DNA of 20,828 nt from Octopus sinensis (lineage: Eukaryota). Below are positions 20,552 through 20,828 of the stretch, piece by piece; position 1 is the first letter of the stretch, and each line of letters starts with the position of its first letter. The position numbers were made by a program, and so were the translations under genes. The notes beneath the pieces were generated by a model that saw only the letters and a program-made list of their open reading frames with translations, had not been told where the DNA came from and searched no databases. The stretch is from the NCBI RefSeq assembly GCF_006345805.1, contig NW_021823843.1, positions 1 through 20,828 of the forward strand. Reading direction: 5' to 3'.

Positions 20552-20828
20552 GCCTATCTGTCTGTATGTATATATGTATATATGTATTTTGCCTTGTGTG
20601 GTTAGATGTGCACCCTTTTTGTTATAAACACCAGCTGACAAAAAGAAAAGCCTCTGAGGTATTTGTATGTCATAAACGAAATCATGCTAAACAATCCATG
20701 ATTTCTTCTGTACAGCATTTTAGGCATCTTTTCGAAAATTAGCACACCGCGATTTAGGGTTATAGCACCGACTAACTTTGAATAGCTGTGTATTCTCAAT
20801 GATCAAATGAAGAAATATACTTAAATAT

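Noticed and set aside
20602-20799. Minus-strand MPKML.. ORF as a possible transposase start
   Set aside because: No convincing HTH motif or TIR.

Overview
AT-rich, repeat-saturated eukaryotic DNA with no intact host gene. The SINE families and the density of (TA)n/(ATAC)n/(TCTA)n/(CAC)n tracts look like an octopus (cephalopod) genome; this is recalled pattern recognition, not a database match. Nearly all ORFs in the track are microsatellite translations. The protein-coding remnants are a Tc1-type transposase N-terminus (14904-15200), a Penelope-like (PLE) ORF N-terminus (minus strand, 15823-15193), a decayed RTE-like reverse transcriptase (about 13270-13900) and a CR1/L2-like ORF2 C-terminus (20278-20165). 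The main signal is a set of hammerhead ribozyme (HHR) motifs from at least three unrelated small element families. (1) A fully canonical type I HHR on the minus strand at 18461-18528 lies inside a hairpin-rich unit bounded by a 21-bp direct repeat at 353-bp spacing (retrozyme-like). (2) A tRNA-headed SINE-like element carries an HHR and has an inverted partial copy (19238-19663). (3) Two variant-core HHRs at 3583-3641 and 9947-10011 have stems that differ in sequence but still pair. The window also holds three SINE families, three MITEs, a 1.07-kb foldback and several nested insertions with target-site duplications (TSDs). All alignments and folds were done by eye.
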